64,000 bases of DNA. Origin: an uncultured virus (IMG/VR IMGVR_UViG_3300006924_000006) (lineage: Duplodnaviria > Heunggongvirae > Uroviricota > Caudoviricetes). The stretch lies in the IMG/VR virus record IMGVR_UViG_3300006924_000006; one strand, written 5' to 3'. The position numbers were made by a program, and so were the translations under genes. How positions within the stretch are numbered: the stretch's first letter is position 1; each line of letters starts with the position of its first letter. This document shows, piece after piece, positions 41,053-50,906 of the stretch. The notes under the pieces are model-generated. The model searched no databases. It was not told the DNA's origin and was given only the letters and a program-made list of their open reading frames with translations.

Positions 41053-42189
41053 CTACTTTTGTTCGATTACGACCTTTTTGCCGTAAGGAAAGTTTACACC
41101 CTCGTCCTGCTTACATACGGCCCATAGAACACGAGCCTTCGGCTTGTCTGGAAATGGAGCATAACCGTCTGTAAACACAGCAAGACCATCGTACTTCAGC
41201 TCATCAACCATCTGGATAACTGGAGCGAAGCAAGTTCCTCCACGTCCCTTGATAGCAATTGAGGACTTCTTCTTAGAAAAAGGCTGAGGCTTTCCGTATA
41301 CCTGCGTATCAAACTGAATAAAATCAACCTCAACGTGATCAATCATTCCGTTTAATTCTGTCGCAAAGTATTCTAGCTGCTTATCAGAAACAGAGCCCGA
41401 AGTATCAAACGCTACGAGCAGACGGCTCGTATAGTTCCTCTTTGAGCCAGGAGAAGTAAAGCCATAACGTCGGTTAGGACGCATACGAGTGTTCCTTCGT
41501 CCCATCATTACAAGCTTGTTGATAAACCAGCGAACTTCCTTCTTCCAGTTAACTACAGGCTTATTGGCCGCGATAATTTGCGCGGCAATACCACCCGCAA
41601 TATTCCCCCAGCCCTTCTTCTCCTGAGCCTTAATCGCCTTTTCGGCAATACCCCTAATCTTTTCCTCGACAATATCATCATCGAAGTCTTCCCACATAGA
41701 GTGGTCGTCTAGAGTCTCGCCGTACTTTTCGCCAAGCCCTCCAAATCCATCCTCATTTTCTTCAGCCTCTTTCTTCAGCTTTTCATAGTACCACTCTGCC
41801 GACTGATTTTCTTCAAGGCCGAAAGTCGCGGGATAAATCGCCCCGTCAGGAAGTCCTTCAATGTGACAGTTGATTGCCGCATCGGCAGCAAGGTTATATC
41901 CCTTCATGTTATACGCAAAATGTTTTGAGCGCGTCAGGTGATGAAGAAGAATGTGTAGCGCCTCATGCTTCAGCACTCCTCGAAGCTCCGTTGCAGAAAG
42001 CTTCGCAACGAAATCCGGGTTATAGTACAAAGCTAGGTCTACACGGCGAATTACTCCAACCGCCATAGTTGGCAGGTCCTTTCGTTCCTTCTTGTTCAAA
42101 AAGAGAAAGACCTCTCCATAAAGAGGCCGAAAAGCTACTAGCTTTGAAATAGCTGAGTTTAGCTTATTTTTTACGTCTACGTTTGCCAT
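41053..42189 (-). CDS. DUF2201-type metallopeptidase-like plus VWA domain protein (MoxR partner)
   Basis: LKHEALH, NLAADAAIN, DTSGS MIDAS motif, GRGGT, FTDG. Confidence 0.88.
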   Translation of the reverse strand: MANVDVKNKLNSAISKLVAFRPLYGEVFLFLNKKERKDLPTMAVGVIRRVDLALYYNPDFVAKLSATELRGVLKHEALHILLHHLTRSKHFAYNMKGYNLAADAAINCHIEGLPDGAIYPATFGLEENQSAEWYYEKLKKEAEENEDGFGGLGEKYGETLDDHSMWEDFDDDIVEEKIRGIAEKAIKAQEKKGWGNIAGGIAAQIIAANKPVVNWKKEVRWFINKLVMMGRRNTRMRPNRRYGFTSPGSKRNYTSRLLVAFDTSGSVSDKQLEYFATELNGMIDHVEVDFIQFDTQVYGKPQPFSKKKSSIAIKGRGGTCFAPVIQMVDELKYDGLAVFTDGYAPFPDKPKARVLWAVCKQDEGVNFPYGKKVVIEQK

Positions 42190-42256
42190 ATGTTCTCCAT
42201 TAAGTAGATGTTTCAGGCACCAGATAACCCCGTGCCTGCCTGCGGGCTAAAGCAAA

Positions 42257-43333
42257 TTAGTTTGAGAGATAAATCTGCTTTAGATGCTCGCGGAAGTCCT
42301 CGTCGGACTGCCATTCCATTACGATCTTCTTAGTCTTCTTTCCACCCAGCATAGAAACCCATGCCTGTGAAGCTACATCATTTGGTAGCATCAGGAAGAA
42401 AGAGCGCAGATTAGACCGCTGCTTTTCCTTCATCTTAGTGAGGCTTCGGCTGTTAACCTCCGCAACAACGGACCTTGACAGAGCGGCGATAACCTCAATG
42501 TCATTGCAGGCAGACTCAACCTTCGACTTGACCTTCTCGAAGGTATCAATGACTTCTTCCGGTCGAAGATGCGAAAACTCATTCGTTAGAAACTTCTGGA
42601 ACATAACGGCGATTTCTCGACCGAGCCATCCCTTCGTAACCTGAGTGAGCATTCCGTCCTCAGCCCTAGAGTCAAGCCCCATATGAGTTAGCGTGTCACT
42701 GAACGCAACCCAACTTCGACGTGAAGGATAAATTCGGCCAGCCTCCAGGTTTCCAACCGGAGGGTCAAGAAGGTTCTGGTTACGGTTAACGAACTCTACT
42801 ACAGCCTTATGAACCCCGTTGTCCCGTGCCCAATCCATCCACTCTACAGCAGAGGGATCAAAGTCAATGTGGAACCAGCGGTCATTGAGCGCCGGGTCAA
42901 GTTCCACAACGTCGTAATCATCGTCCGAGTTGACAGCCGAAACTACTCGCCAACCATCGGGCAGCTTTTCACCATCAAGGCGGCGGTCGAGACAAATCTC
43001 GAAAACAGCTTGAAGAACATCTTTTGATGCGCGGTTAAGCTCGTCAAAGAAAAGAATTCCCTTTGAAGTCTGAGCACGCGGCCACCACTCTTGCTTTAGA
43101 AAGCGAATGATATCCTTATCGATATCCTTATGAGGCATTCCCTTGATATCACCAACTTCGCACTGAGAAAGCCTTACGTCCCAAAAGCCGTACTCCTCTC
43201 CTGACTCTGCCGATAGTTCTTCGGCAACTTGTCGTACTACAGAAGACTTGCCTACTCCATGCTTCGCGTGAAGCATGATAGACTTATCATTGGGCATGTT
43301 CTTAAGAATCTCTTTGGTCTGACTAATGTTCAC
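42257..43333 (-). CDS. MoxR-like AAA+ ATPase
   Basis: HGVGKS, LFFDELNRA, LDPALNDR, PSRRSW; GTG start at 43333 with AGGAG SD. Confidence 0.9.
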   Translation of the reverse strand: MNISQTKEILKNMPNDKSIMLHAKHGVGKSSVVRQVAEELSAESGEEYGFWDVRLSQCEVGDIKGMPHKDIDKDIIRFLKQEWWPRAQTSKGILFFDELNRASKDVLQAVFEICLDRRLDGEKLPDGWRVVSAVNSDDDYDVVELDPALNDRWFHIDFDPSAVEWMDWARDNGVHKAVVEFVNRNQNLLDPPVGNLEAGRIYPSRRSWVAFSDTLTHMGLDSRAEDGMLTQVTKGWLGREIAVMFQKFLTNEFSHLRPEEVIDTFEKVKSKVESACNDIEVIAALSRSVVAEVNSRSLTKMKEKQRSNLRSFFLMLPNDVASQAWVSMLGGKKTKKIVMEWQSDEDFREHLKQIYLSN

Positions 43334-43483
43334 AGTATATCTCCTTACAGCTTGTACAAATTCGCGGAGGATTCCACGCCCCAATATAGTGAGGACAGAG
43401 CGATATTTCCAATATCTTTTGCTGCGTATTTTCAATCTTTAAACAAATTTTTGAAGCACCCGAGGGCTCATCCCTCACGCCCT

Positions 43484-43511
43484 GATATAGTGCAGGGCAG
43501 ATTTATATTAC
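43484..43511 (-). promoter_or_regulatory. Repeated bipartite promoter-like motif, copy 1
   Basis: GTAAT-ATAAATCTGCCCTGC-ACTATATC with upstream A-tract. Confidence 0.75.
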
Positions 43512-43921
43512 GTTTTTTGCAAGCCCTCCTTTGTTGGAGCACTATCCTCAGATACATCTAGGATTGCCTGCTTGGCAACCTCTAGTCTGTCCCGAAAGCC
43601 TTGTAGAACTCCGGAAAGCTCACTCAAAGAGTGAGCAGCAGAGCCCTCATTAGAAGGCTCAATTTGAGCCCCTGAGCCAAGAAGAGAGGATACTAAACCT
43701 CCCAAATCAAACGACTCCAATACTCCGTCCTTCTCTCCCATTATATCAGACGCAAAGCTTGTAGCTTCTTCAAATCGCTCTTCTATAGAGGAAAGTCTTT
43801 GCTCTATCCCCTCAAGCCTCTCAACAACTAATTCTTCAAATTCTGTCATGTCTCTCTCCAATCTACTCTGTCTTCTTCTTGATATAAGCCTCAAATCTCT
43901 TCGCAAAAGCCTCTGAGTCAT
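43508..43921 (-). CDS. Hypothetical coiled-coil protein
   Basis: Likely starts at the internal MTEFEE. Confidence 0.55.
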   Translation of the reverse strand: MTQRLLRRDLRLISRRRQSRLERDMTEFEELVVERLEGIEQRLSSIEERFEEATSFASDIMGEKDGVLESFDLGGLVSSLLGSGAQIEPSNEGSAAHSLSELSGVLQGFRDRLEVAKQAILDVSEDSAPTKEGLQKT

Positions 43922-44489
43922 TTCCGTAATGATGGGATAAGCATTGCCTATCCCACATATAATGGGCCATTTCGTGTGCTAAAGATAAGTAGTTCTGCCT
44001 AGGAGACAAGTCAGTTAACAATATAGATGAATTAGCCTTAATCTCTGGAGTCGTATCATAAAAGGCATATACAATACCTCCGCCCCATCCTATTGAACGA
44101 AAGTATGCCGCAAACCTATCTTCAGATAGCATCTTATCTTTATCTATAATAAAGATATTTAAATTAAATCCATATCTGCAATCAGCCGTGCTTCCTACTG
44201 TTTCTGTTACAAACATCCTATAGAAAAAGACTATTCCCTCCATGGCCTCGTGAATGTCTCCCGGAGGATATGCCACAAGGAGCCTGCTTTTTGAGGAGTG
44301 CGGATAAGCCTGATATGAAACGGTATACGGCAAAGCCTCTCCGGCTACAGAAACAGACTTAGACACAATATGTTCTGTCGCTATATCTCCTATAAACTTT
44401 GATTTATAGGGCTCTGCGCTAGCCGGAGAAACACTTAGAGCAAGAAGTATACTAGCGCCTATTAAAGTTCTTATCACTTCTCTTTCCAC
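43863..44489 (-). CDS. Secreted HExxH zinc-metalloprotease-like protein
   Basis: Signal-peptide-like N-terminus ending ASA; LAHEMAH...EAFA. Confidence 0.65.
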   Translation of the reverse strand: MEREVIRTLIGASILLALSVSPASAEPYKSKFIGDIATEHIVSKSVSVAGEALPYTVSYQAYPHSSKSRLLVAYPPGDIHEAMEGIVFFYRMFVTETVGSTADCRYGFNLNIFIIDKDKMLSEDRFAAYFRSIGWGGGIVYAFYDTTPEIKANSSILLTDLSPRQNYLSLAHEMAHYMWDRQCLSHHYGNDSEAFAKRFEAYIKKKTE

Positions 44490-44650
44490 TTCTTGCTCTT
44501 CCGATAACTTCCACTCTAAGGTTAGGATTCAGCTTTAGATTTTCCACATGGTCCAGGGGAACTCCAGAATGTTCAAAAACTGCGTTTGTATCCTTGTTAG
44601 TAACCTTAATATTTAGAAAAACTTCTCTTTCGGACCTCATACACATCCTC

Positions 44651-45619
44651 CTATTCGAGAGCCTCAAGCGCTCTCTCCACCCTTCTTGTCAGCCAGGGAC
44701 TATTAATTATCGATATAGCAGGCATAATCCATGGAAAGTTGTCCTTAGATATACACTCTGCTAACCGGGAGATAACCTGTTCGTCAGGCGTATCTGCAAA
44801 GAGCATAATCATTCGCTCGGCATGAGCAATTTTATTTTCAAATTCTTCAGCACTATCCTCTTCCCTATCGCGAATAATTGCGTACCTCCAAGACCTAATA
44901 CTCTGAGACAAGTGCTCTGCAACCAGCCTCTTGAGACTGACAGGAGAAGACTTTGCAATTGCCCTAATCAGATTGTCTGACAGAAGGTTTTTCTGTGCCG
45001 CCTTGAAAAGAATCTGTCGCTTAATATCGATAGCACCCGGGGCTCTCTTTACTTTAAAAAAGCAATAATCAAAAAACTTTGGATCTTCTGAGTTTTCCAG
45101 GCCAAGACTTCTAATGCTTATCGCCTCTGGGCTATCTCCTCCGAGATCTGCCCGCGAAAGTGCATCTAAATAATCATACCCCTTATCCACCAGAGGAATT
45201 AACGCAGCCTTTGCATCTAATTCCTCTTCTGTGAGGGAGGCTTTTTGCTTCAGATAAGAGTACATCTTTTCTAGCCAAGCGTAACAGCTCTCTGAGCTTA
45301 ATAGATCACACCTGTGCCCTATGTTAAGAGATTGATTGACAATTAGATGAAATAATCTCACTCTTTCATTAGGACAATTATCCCAAATATGCTGAATAGA
45401 TTCATCTTTAATGATAGGATTGTTACTGTAATAGTATTGCGATTCATTAATTGCACATTTTACAGCATACTTATAAATCTCGTCATACGGCAATGGCATA
45501 TCCTGGTTAGAACTGCCTTCATATTCATAACGAGCACTAAACCCTTCAAACATCTTATATCCTTTCTTGAGGAAAGCCCGGACAATAGCCCTAAGAAGCT
45601 TCCATTCTCTGTTGTACAA
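44651..45619 (-). CDS. Alpha-helical repeat-like hypothetical protein (paralog family)
   Basis: C-terminal pattern shared with three other genes in the window. Confidence 0.6.
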   Translation of the reverse strand: MYNREWKLLRAIVRAFLKKGYKMFEGFSARYEYEGSSNQDMPLPYDEIYKYAVKCAINESQYYYSNNPIIKDESIQHIWDNCPNERVRLFHLIVNQSLNIGHRCDLLSSESCYAWLEKMYSYLKQKASLTEEELDAKAALIPLVDKGYDYLDALSRADLGGDSPEAISIRSLGLENSEDPKFFDYCFFKVKRAPGAIDIKRQILFKAAQKNLLSDNLIRAIAKSSPVSLKRLVAEHLSQSIRSWRYAIIRDREEDSAEEFENKIAHAERMIMLFADTPDEQVISRLAECISKDNFPWIMPAISIINSPWLTRRVERALEALE

Positions 45620-46310
45620 GCTTGGCGACCCACTTTGACTTTAGATTTCTATTTGCCAATACAAGTGGAAGAAAATCAAGAGGAACCTTCGTTACCATTA
45701 TGGAAAACGGACGTTTAGCAATCTCCTTCATTATAATCTCACTTAGTTTCTCGTAACCAAATGGTGCAGCCTCTGCTCCCATGGCTCGAATCTCTGCCAT
45801 CTTATCGGCAAGCATATCATCCAAACACTCTGCCGGCCCTAGCCTTTCAAAAACTGTTTTTCGAACAACTTTGTCCTTATCTTTCTTCAAAGATCGCAAT
45901 ACTTTTATAGAGCAGCCTTTAGCCGCAATTCTTCGCTCATTAATTGTCCCGGACTTTGCTAGCTTGTCAAGGACTTTTATATCCGAGTAAAAGCCATTAG
46001 ACAAGCAGATCAGCCTAACAGGCTCTGGGCCTGTTAAGAGAGCGCTATCTCCGATAGTAGGATACTTTTTTAGTAAGCTAAAAACGAAATCTTTAGCATA
46101 GTAGGAGCTCCACCTATGAGAGCCTAAGAGAGCATCATTATAATTCTTTTTAGAAGCCAGAAGATATCTCGCCTGCTCCTCCGAAGCTCCGCTCTTTAAG
46201 GAGTCTACCCTTGAGCGAAAGCTCTGCCAGTTGCCATAGGTGCTAAATACACTTTTTATCTCCTTTACAAATTCGCTATTACTATTACTATTGCTCACAG
46301 CATCTATCAC
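45591..46310 (-). CDS. HEAT-like repeat protein (paralog family)
   Basis: LKKDKDKVVRK / MLADKMAEIRA repeats. Confidence 0.65.
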   Translation of the reverse strand: MIDAVSNSNSNSEFVKEIKSVFSTYGNWQSFRSRVDSLKSGASEEQARYLLASKKNYNDALLGSHRWSSYYAKDFVFSLLKKYPTIGDSALLTGPEPVRLICLSNGFYSDIKVLDKLAKSGTINERRIAAKGCSIKVLRSLKKDKDKVVRKTVFERLGPAECLDDMLADKMAEIRAMGAEAAPFGYEKLSEIIMKEIAKRPFSIMVTKVPLDFLPLVLANRNLKSKWVAKLVQQRMEAS

Positions 46311-47133
46311 CTTCCGTTTCTAGTTCATTCATATTTTTTACAAAAAAACCCGCAGCATTCTTGTGACCTCCGCCACCAAACTCCAGAGCTATAGTAGACA
46401 CATCCATCCTATTCTCCTTTGACCTTAATGAAAACCTAAATTTTTCTCCGTCGAAGTAGTACACCGCAGCAAATTCTTCATCTTCACATAGAATGTTTCC
46501 TATTTCCGATTGAAAAGACGAAGAGTTTACTGCAGGAACATTTTCCCCTGCAATATTTAGACGATGAACATTTGAGAGCATCATCTTCACCAGAGTTTCT
46601 TTGTACCTGAGAATATCCCCTCCAGCAGAAACAACCTTGCTCCACGCTGGAGAGCACGGCTCCCCAAGCTCCAGGCTCAAGCGGTTCCATTCGGAAAAGC
46701 TTTTTTTATGCGAATCAACTACAGACAATACCTCTTCGGCCTTATCTAGCTCCCAAGTCCACAAGTCTCTGTCTTGAATATACCTAAGAAGAGGTGGGAC
46801 AGGCTTTCTTTTAAAGAGAAACTTCCATGCCAAAACTGCTCCAGATTGGCTCATATCGAAATGGCAATACTCCAAATCTCCGCAGCTTTCTTGGGAAGTC
46901 TTATGGTGGTCAATGACCGTTAGCGTGTTCGCTTCCTCTTCTAACTCTTCCAATATAGCCCTAGGATAACAAAAGTCAACAATAAATACATCGCGTCCAG
47001 TGACCACCGGAGGCTCGTCGCTATGACGAACCGGAACATATTTAGCTTTCGCTCCATACTTCTGATAAAAAGCCCACGCTGCGCCGAAGCCATCTGGACA
47101 GCCGGCATGATAAAGAACCGTTACTCTTGACAC
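46288..47133 (-). CDS. DHH/DHHA1 phosphoesterase
   Basis: YHAGCPDG, VDF, IDHH, FSLRS, FGGGGHKNAAG; likely GTG start at 47133. Confidence 0.9.
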   Translation of the reverse strand: MSRVTVLYHAGCPDGFGAAWAFYQKYGAKAKYVPVRHSDEPPVVTGRDVFIVDFCYPRAILEELEEEANTLTVIDHHKTSQESCGDLEYCHFDMSQSGAVLAWKFLFKRKPVPPLLRYIQDRDLWTWELDKAEEVLSVVDSHKKSFSEWNRLSLELGEPCSPAWSKVVSAGGDILRYKETLVKMMLSNVHRLNIAGENVPAVNSSSFQSEIGNILCEDEEFAAVYYFDGEKFRFSLRSKENRMDVSTIALEFGGGGHKNAAGFFVKNMNELETEGDRCCEQ

Positions 47134-47134
47134 T

Positions 47135-48165
47135 CTACACTTCCTTCGGGGAATAAGAATACACAATATCCTCAATTAAAATACAATTAGCGTTTATCAC
47201 TTCTGTTATAAAATCACACATAATGTTTAAGCTTGAGAAGGATCGAATTAGACCTTCATGAATAAGCTTAAACTTTCCAAACTCTTTTAAGATATCACAC
47301 TTGCTAATAACTAAATTAGTTGTTCCCGTAAGATTAACTGCCTTAACCAGATAGTCGAGATTCAGCCAATTAACCTTTCTTGGCCTTCCTGTCGTTACTC
47401 CAAACTCTTCTCCCATTTTAGCGATTACAGACAAGTCCTTATCTTCAAGCAAACTGCTTGGAAATCTCGGATCTTCCCCAGACTTCGTATCATATATCTT
47501 TGCAGCGCCCCAAATCGCATTAACCCTCTGAGGCGGAAACCCCAGAGAGCAAGCGCCATAAGGCAGGGTGATAGAAGAAGTTACATAAGGATAAAGGCCA
47601 TGATCAATATCAAGCCAAACGCCCTGCGCTCCTTCACACAAAAGCCTTCCCTCTAACTTCTCATCCCAAATATATTTCGGATCCAATACATCTTTTGCCA
47701 AGATTCCAATTCTAGCCGCTTTATCCGCATAGCAAGGGGCTATTCCCCTGCCCGTAGTTCCAAGCCTTGGAGCCAAATGCTCCTTATCATAGGCTATTTG
47801 AGAATCAGTTACGATATGACATTTTGGAGAAACCTTGATCAGCGTAGTATCAAATCCATTTTTATCCAAGTAAGAAACCTCTTCTTCAAAGGAGCTTGGA
47901 TGCAAGATGCACCCAGGGCCAATAACAGAAGTTACTCCATAAAATACACCAGATGGAATTAAGTGAGTTTTATACTTTTCTCCATCGACCCATACGGTGT
48001 GTCCTGCGTTATTACCCCCTGCCCATCTTGCCACAACATCATAGTTGCCACTACTCGCCAGATGTGCAGTAATCTTTCCTTTTGCTTCGTCACCTTTTTA
48101 TGTTGAGATTGACCCGAAGGTCAACCCCAGCATAAACCGACGACAATATCTGCCTTATCGATCAT
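47135..48165 (-). CDS. purA: Adenylosuccinate synthetase (short type, about 332 aa) split by a 32-nt coding gap
   Basis: SD plus ATG at 48165 gives MIDKADIVVGLCWG, then gap, then DEAKGK...RWAGGNNAGHT, GTTGRGI.P.Y.DK, EGAQG..LDIDHG.YPYVTSS, EFGVTTGRPR. Confidence 0.9.
48092..48126 (-). other. Putative translational bypassing (ribosome hop) element
   Basis: GGT TGA CC-TTCG-GGTCAATCT CAACATAAAAA GGT: matched take-off and landing codons, stop codon, UUCG hairpin. Confidence 0.8.
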
Positions 48166-48191
48166 GCTGAATTCTCCTTTTTGATTTTGGT

Positions 48192-48824
48192 TTAAAAAAT
48201 ATCGACCTTACTCGCATCGAACGAGCTAGCTTCAGCATAACCCTCGGTGGAGGGCTCGCAATTATCAATCGAAATAACTTTTTCGATTTTAGTTGGACGC
48301 TTAAAAAAGGAGATTCCCTCTCCGTGACCAGACAGTTTGCCGGAGAAAGAGATATATTCTCCAGGCTCAAAGTCGTATGCCTTTCCCGTCTTAAAGAAAT
48401 ACTTCCAACCAGCTTTATCGGAACACATGATTCCAGGTGTTGGAAACTGAGCGTCAGCCTTTGACGCTACAATCTTCTTGACCAGAAGCGGGCCAATCGC
48501 GCGTCTCTCTCCGACCACTAGATATGTCGGAGGCTCTAACATGGCGGCATTTGCCTGCTCATCAGCCCAGCGATTCAAGGATGCAATCCAATTATCGGTA
48601 AGCCTATGTGGAGTCTCGATAATAACGTCTCTGCTTGAGATAAAGAACTTATTTTTTGGTTGGTTTTGTAGAGCTACAGCAAGCAGAGGAACAACCATAG
48701 GGTTGAGCTTATCAAGCTGCTTCTTGGCCTTTTCCTCCAGCTCTTTAGCGCAAGGCTTCTTTCTTCTCTTTCTTTTCGTTTGTTGAGGTTTTGAGGGGCT
48801 GCTTTGTCCGAAAATCTTGACCAT
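48192..48824 (-). CDS. Hypothetical protein, possible C-terminal OB fold
   Basis: 210-aa ORF; first gene after promoter motif copy 2. Confidence 0.6.
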   Translation of the reverse strand: MVKIFGQSSPSKPQQTKRKRRKKPCAKELEEKAKKQLDKLNPMVVPLLAVALQNQPKNKFFISSRDVIIETPHRLTDNWIASLNRWADEQANAAMLEPPTYLVVGERRAIGPLLVKKIVASKADAQFPTPGIMCSDKAGWKYFFKTGKAYDFEPGEYISFSGKLSGHGEGISFFKRPTKIEKVISIDNCEPSTEGYAEASSFDASKVDIF

Positions 48825-48850
48825 TAAAAATCACCATGCCTATCCGGCTA

Positions 48851-48878
48851 GATATAGTGCAGGGGAGGTCTACATTAC
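48851..48878 (-). promoter_or_regulatory. Repeated bipartite promoter-like motif, copy 2
   Basis: GTAAT-GTAGACCTCCCCTGC-ACTATATC. Confidence 0.75.
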
Positions 48879-48896
48879 GATTTTAATGGCAAGCGA

Positions 48897-50192
48897 TTAC
48901 TTCTTGCCAGTCAGCCCCTCCATTCCTCTTTGCTCTCTGCGCGTTCCCACTCCACGCTCGACGGCTGATAGACCCCTCTTTCGCTTTCTTTGACCGGAAA
49001 TCTTCTGGCGGTAAAGCCTTCGTTTGGCTGGAGACTTTTCTTCGCGCCTTATCTCTGCCATCATTCTCCTCTGCTCTCTTAGATTTAAGAATTCCGGATC
49101 TCTTTGAGAAAGCGGAGAAATAGTGTTTTGATCATTAGGGTTCGCAACGTAGAATAACGCTCCGTCTGATTTTCTCATTCGTATGTTATCTACGGCAAAA
49201 AATTCAGAAGAATTAAAAGTAGGTTTTGCCGACTTTGCCTCAGCGGGCATGCCCAATATAAGTTCCATTTCAGGATTTACTGCCTCATCTTTCTTGTAAA
49301 GATCTCCGATCCTTTTCTTCCAAGTTGAAGAAAGGGCTGCATACTCAGGCATAGTCTCTGGAGTTCTTTTCGCTACGTTTTTGTAAAGAGAGTCTCTGTG
49401 AGACAAGTTAAGGCGACCATCACCTGTTGGAAACTTGACATAAGCACTGAGTAGTGCGTCAGAAGTTGCAGTTGCAGTTTCTGTCTGCTCTGCTTGAGGG
49501 ACAGTTTTTGCGGCAGGAGAAAGTTTCTGCAGCTTAGCCAATGCCTCTGTTGGCTTCATATCAGCTGGTACGGCAGAAGTCGTGTTTTCTTTGGTAAGCT
49601 TATTCCATGCCGCAGAAGTTAACGGACCCCACCATCCATCAGTTTTCAGGCTCGCTCCTAGTTCGTTCAACTTCTTTTGAACTGCAACCCAGGGACCCAG
49701 ACGCTTCTGCTTGGGAGCTTCTTTTTTCTCAGACTCTTCTTTGGATCCTACTGCCTGCCTTCTCCACAGCTTTACCTTTTCGTCTAATATTTGAAGATAC
49801 TCCTTATCCTTAGGTCGCTGAGCTCCACTTGCATCTGAAACGCTTTTCCATTCATTATTTCGCGCCTTCCTCCATAACACATCTGATTGGCGAAGATTAT
49901 TATCATGCCTCCACATGACATAGAGAACAATTTCATCTCCATCTAAGGCCTTCTCTGCTATCCCATATTCTTCGCTGTTTTTGCCATTTTTACGATTGTC
50001 CAAAAACCCTGCCCAGGCAAGCTCTGCGCCAAAGAAAGCTCTAGCCGGAAGTGGCTCCTCTATTGTAGATCTAGGCTTGTTGGCTCGATGCTCAAAAAAA
50101 AGTTCGGCAAAAACTTTTGCCTCATATTCTTTATATCCAGACTTACCCAGTGCCTTTGCCAATTTCAATAGTTCAGTTTTTGTATTACTCAT
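48897..50192 (-). CDS. Protein with peptidoglycan-binding-like domain, possible virion protein
   Basis: VAVQKKLNELG..LKTDGWWGPLT; N-terminal LLKLAKALGKSG motif. Confidence 0.6.
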   Translation of the reverse strand: MSNTKTELLKLAKALGKSGYKEYEAKVFAELFFEHRANKPRSTIEEPLPARAFFGAELAWAGFLDNRKNGKNSEEYGIAEKALDGDEIVLYVMWRHDNNLRQSDVLWRKARNNEWKSVSDASGAQRPKDKEYLQILDEKVKLWRRQAVGSKEESEKKEAPKQKRLGPWVAVQKKLNELGASLKTDGWWGPLTSAAWNKLTKENTTSAVPADMKPTEALAKLQKLSPAAKTVPQAEQTETATATSDALLSAYVKFPTGDGRLNLSHRDSLYKNVAKRTPETMPEYAALSSTWKKRIGDLYKKDEAVNPEMELILGMPAEAKSAKPTFNSSEFFAVDNIRMRKSDGALFYVANPNDQNTISPLSQRDPEFLNLREQRRMMAEIRREEKSPAKRRLYRQKISGQRKRKRGLSAVERGVGTRREQRGMEGLTGKK

Positions 50193-50209
50193 CTTCTTAC
50201 CCCATAGAC

Positions 50210-50905
50210 CTAGCGGCCAAAGATTATCTCTCTATAAACTTCTTTTTTTGCGTTAGAAATAGAAGCGTCTTTAAATATTCTATTTTCTAGATCTTTCTTC
50301 TGCCTATTGCTTAGGCAATTCTTTATATTAGTTAACAATATATTATTAGAATCATAAAATTCTGAAGAATAAATAAGCCCAGAGCCTTTCTTCATCCAGA
50401 TTTTACCATTATCTGCAATATAAAATTCTTTTTTTATTAGATCAAGGTTCTCGCAGCCAAGAGATTGCATTAGAAAGTCAAAGAAACTCCACTCTTCATC
50501 CGGCTCTTCCGGAGTTTTTCTGTCTATATTAACCGGAGGCTTATCCTCATCTATGTCTATCAGCGATTCTCCGCCGAAGCCGCTACGATTAGATGCCTCA
50601 AAGTCTGCCGCGTCATAAGGCTGCTGATCTCCGCCGTATCCCCTTTGCCTGTGGTTTTGTGCCCCAGGGGGTGATCCGGCTGGAGTATCGAGGAGCCCAA
50701 GGGCTTTCTTGCGAAAATAATCGAGCCTGCTTTTCGCTGTATTATTTTTGCCCGGGGGTGGTTCGGAAGGCTTATTGCTAAAGGTATTTTCGTCAGGGCC
50801 GAATTGCACCCTATTTACGTCGGGAGTCTTCCCTCTGATTACAGGACCTCCTTCGTAATAGTCTATTAAGTCTATTACAGATAATTCTTCGGCCTCTTCT
50901 TCCAC
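50210..50905 (-). CDS. Hypothetical protein
   Basis: 231-aa ORF with acidic, low-complexity N-half. Confidence 0.6.
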   Translation of the reverse strand: MEEEAEELSVIDLIDYYEGGPVIRGKTPDVNRVQFGPDENTFSNKPSEPPPGKNNTAKSRLDYFRKKALGLLDTPAGSPPGAQNHRQRGYGGDQQPYDAADFEASNRSGFGGESLIDIDEDKPPVNIDRKTPEEPDEEWSFFDFLMQSLGCENLDLIKKEFYIADNGKIWMKKGSGLIYSSEFYDSNNILLTNIKNCLSNRQKKDLENRIFKDASISNAKKEVYREIIFGR

Positions 50906-50906
50906 C

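Noticed and set aside
48094..48125. The 32-nt purA gap can also be drawn as a GT...AG spliceosomal-type intron
   Set aside because: This follows largely from the GGT direct repeat. The genome has bacterial SD sites and operons with no other introns, and the stop-plus-UUCG hairpin fits bypassing better. It is far too short for a group I or II intron.
47135..48165. PurZ (diaminopurine Z-genome) interpretation
   Set aside because: The rebuilt P-loop is WGDEAKGK with the catalytic Asp of PurA, not the Ser-containing PurZ variant; no dATPase or MazZ partner is recognisable.
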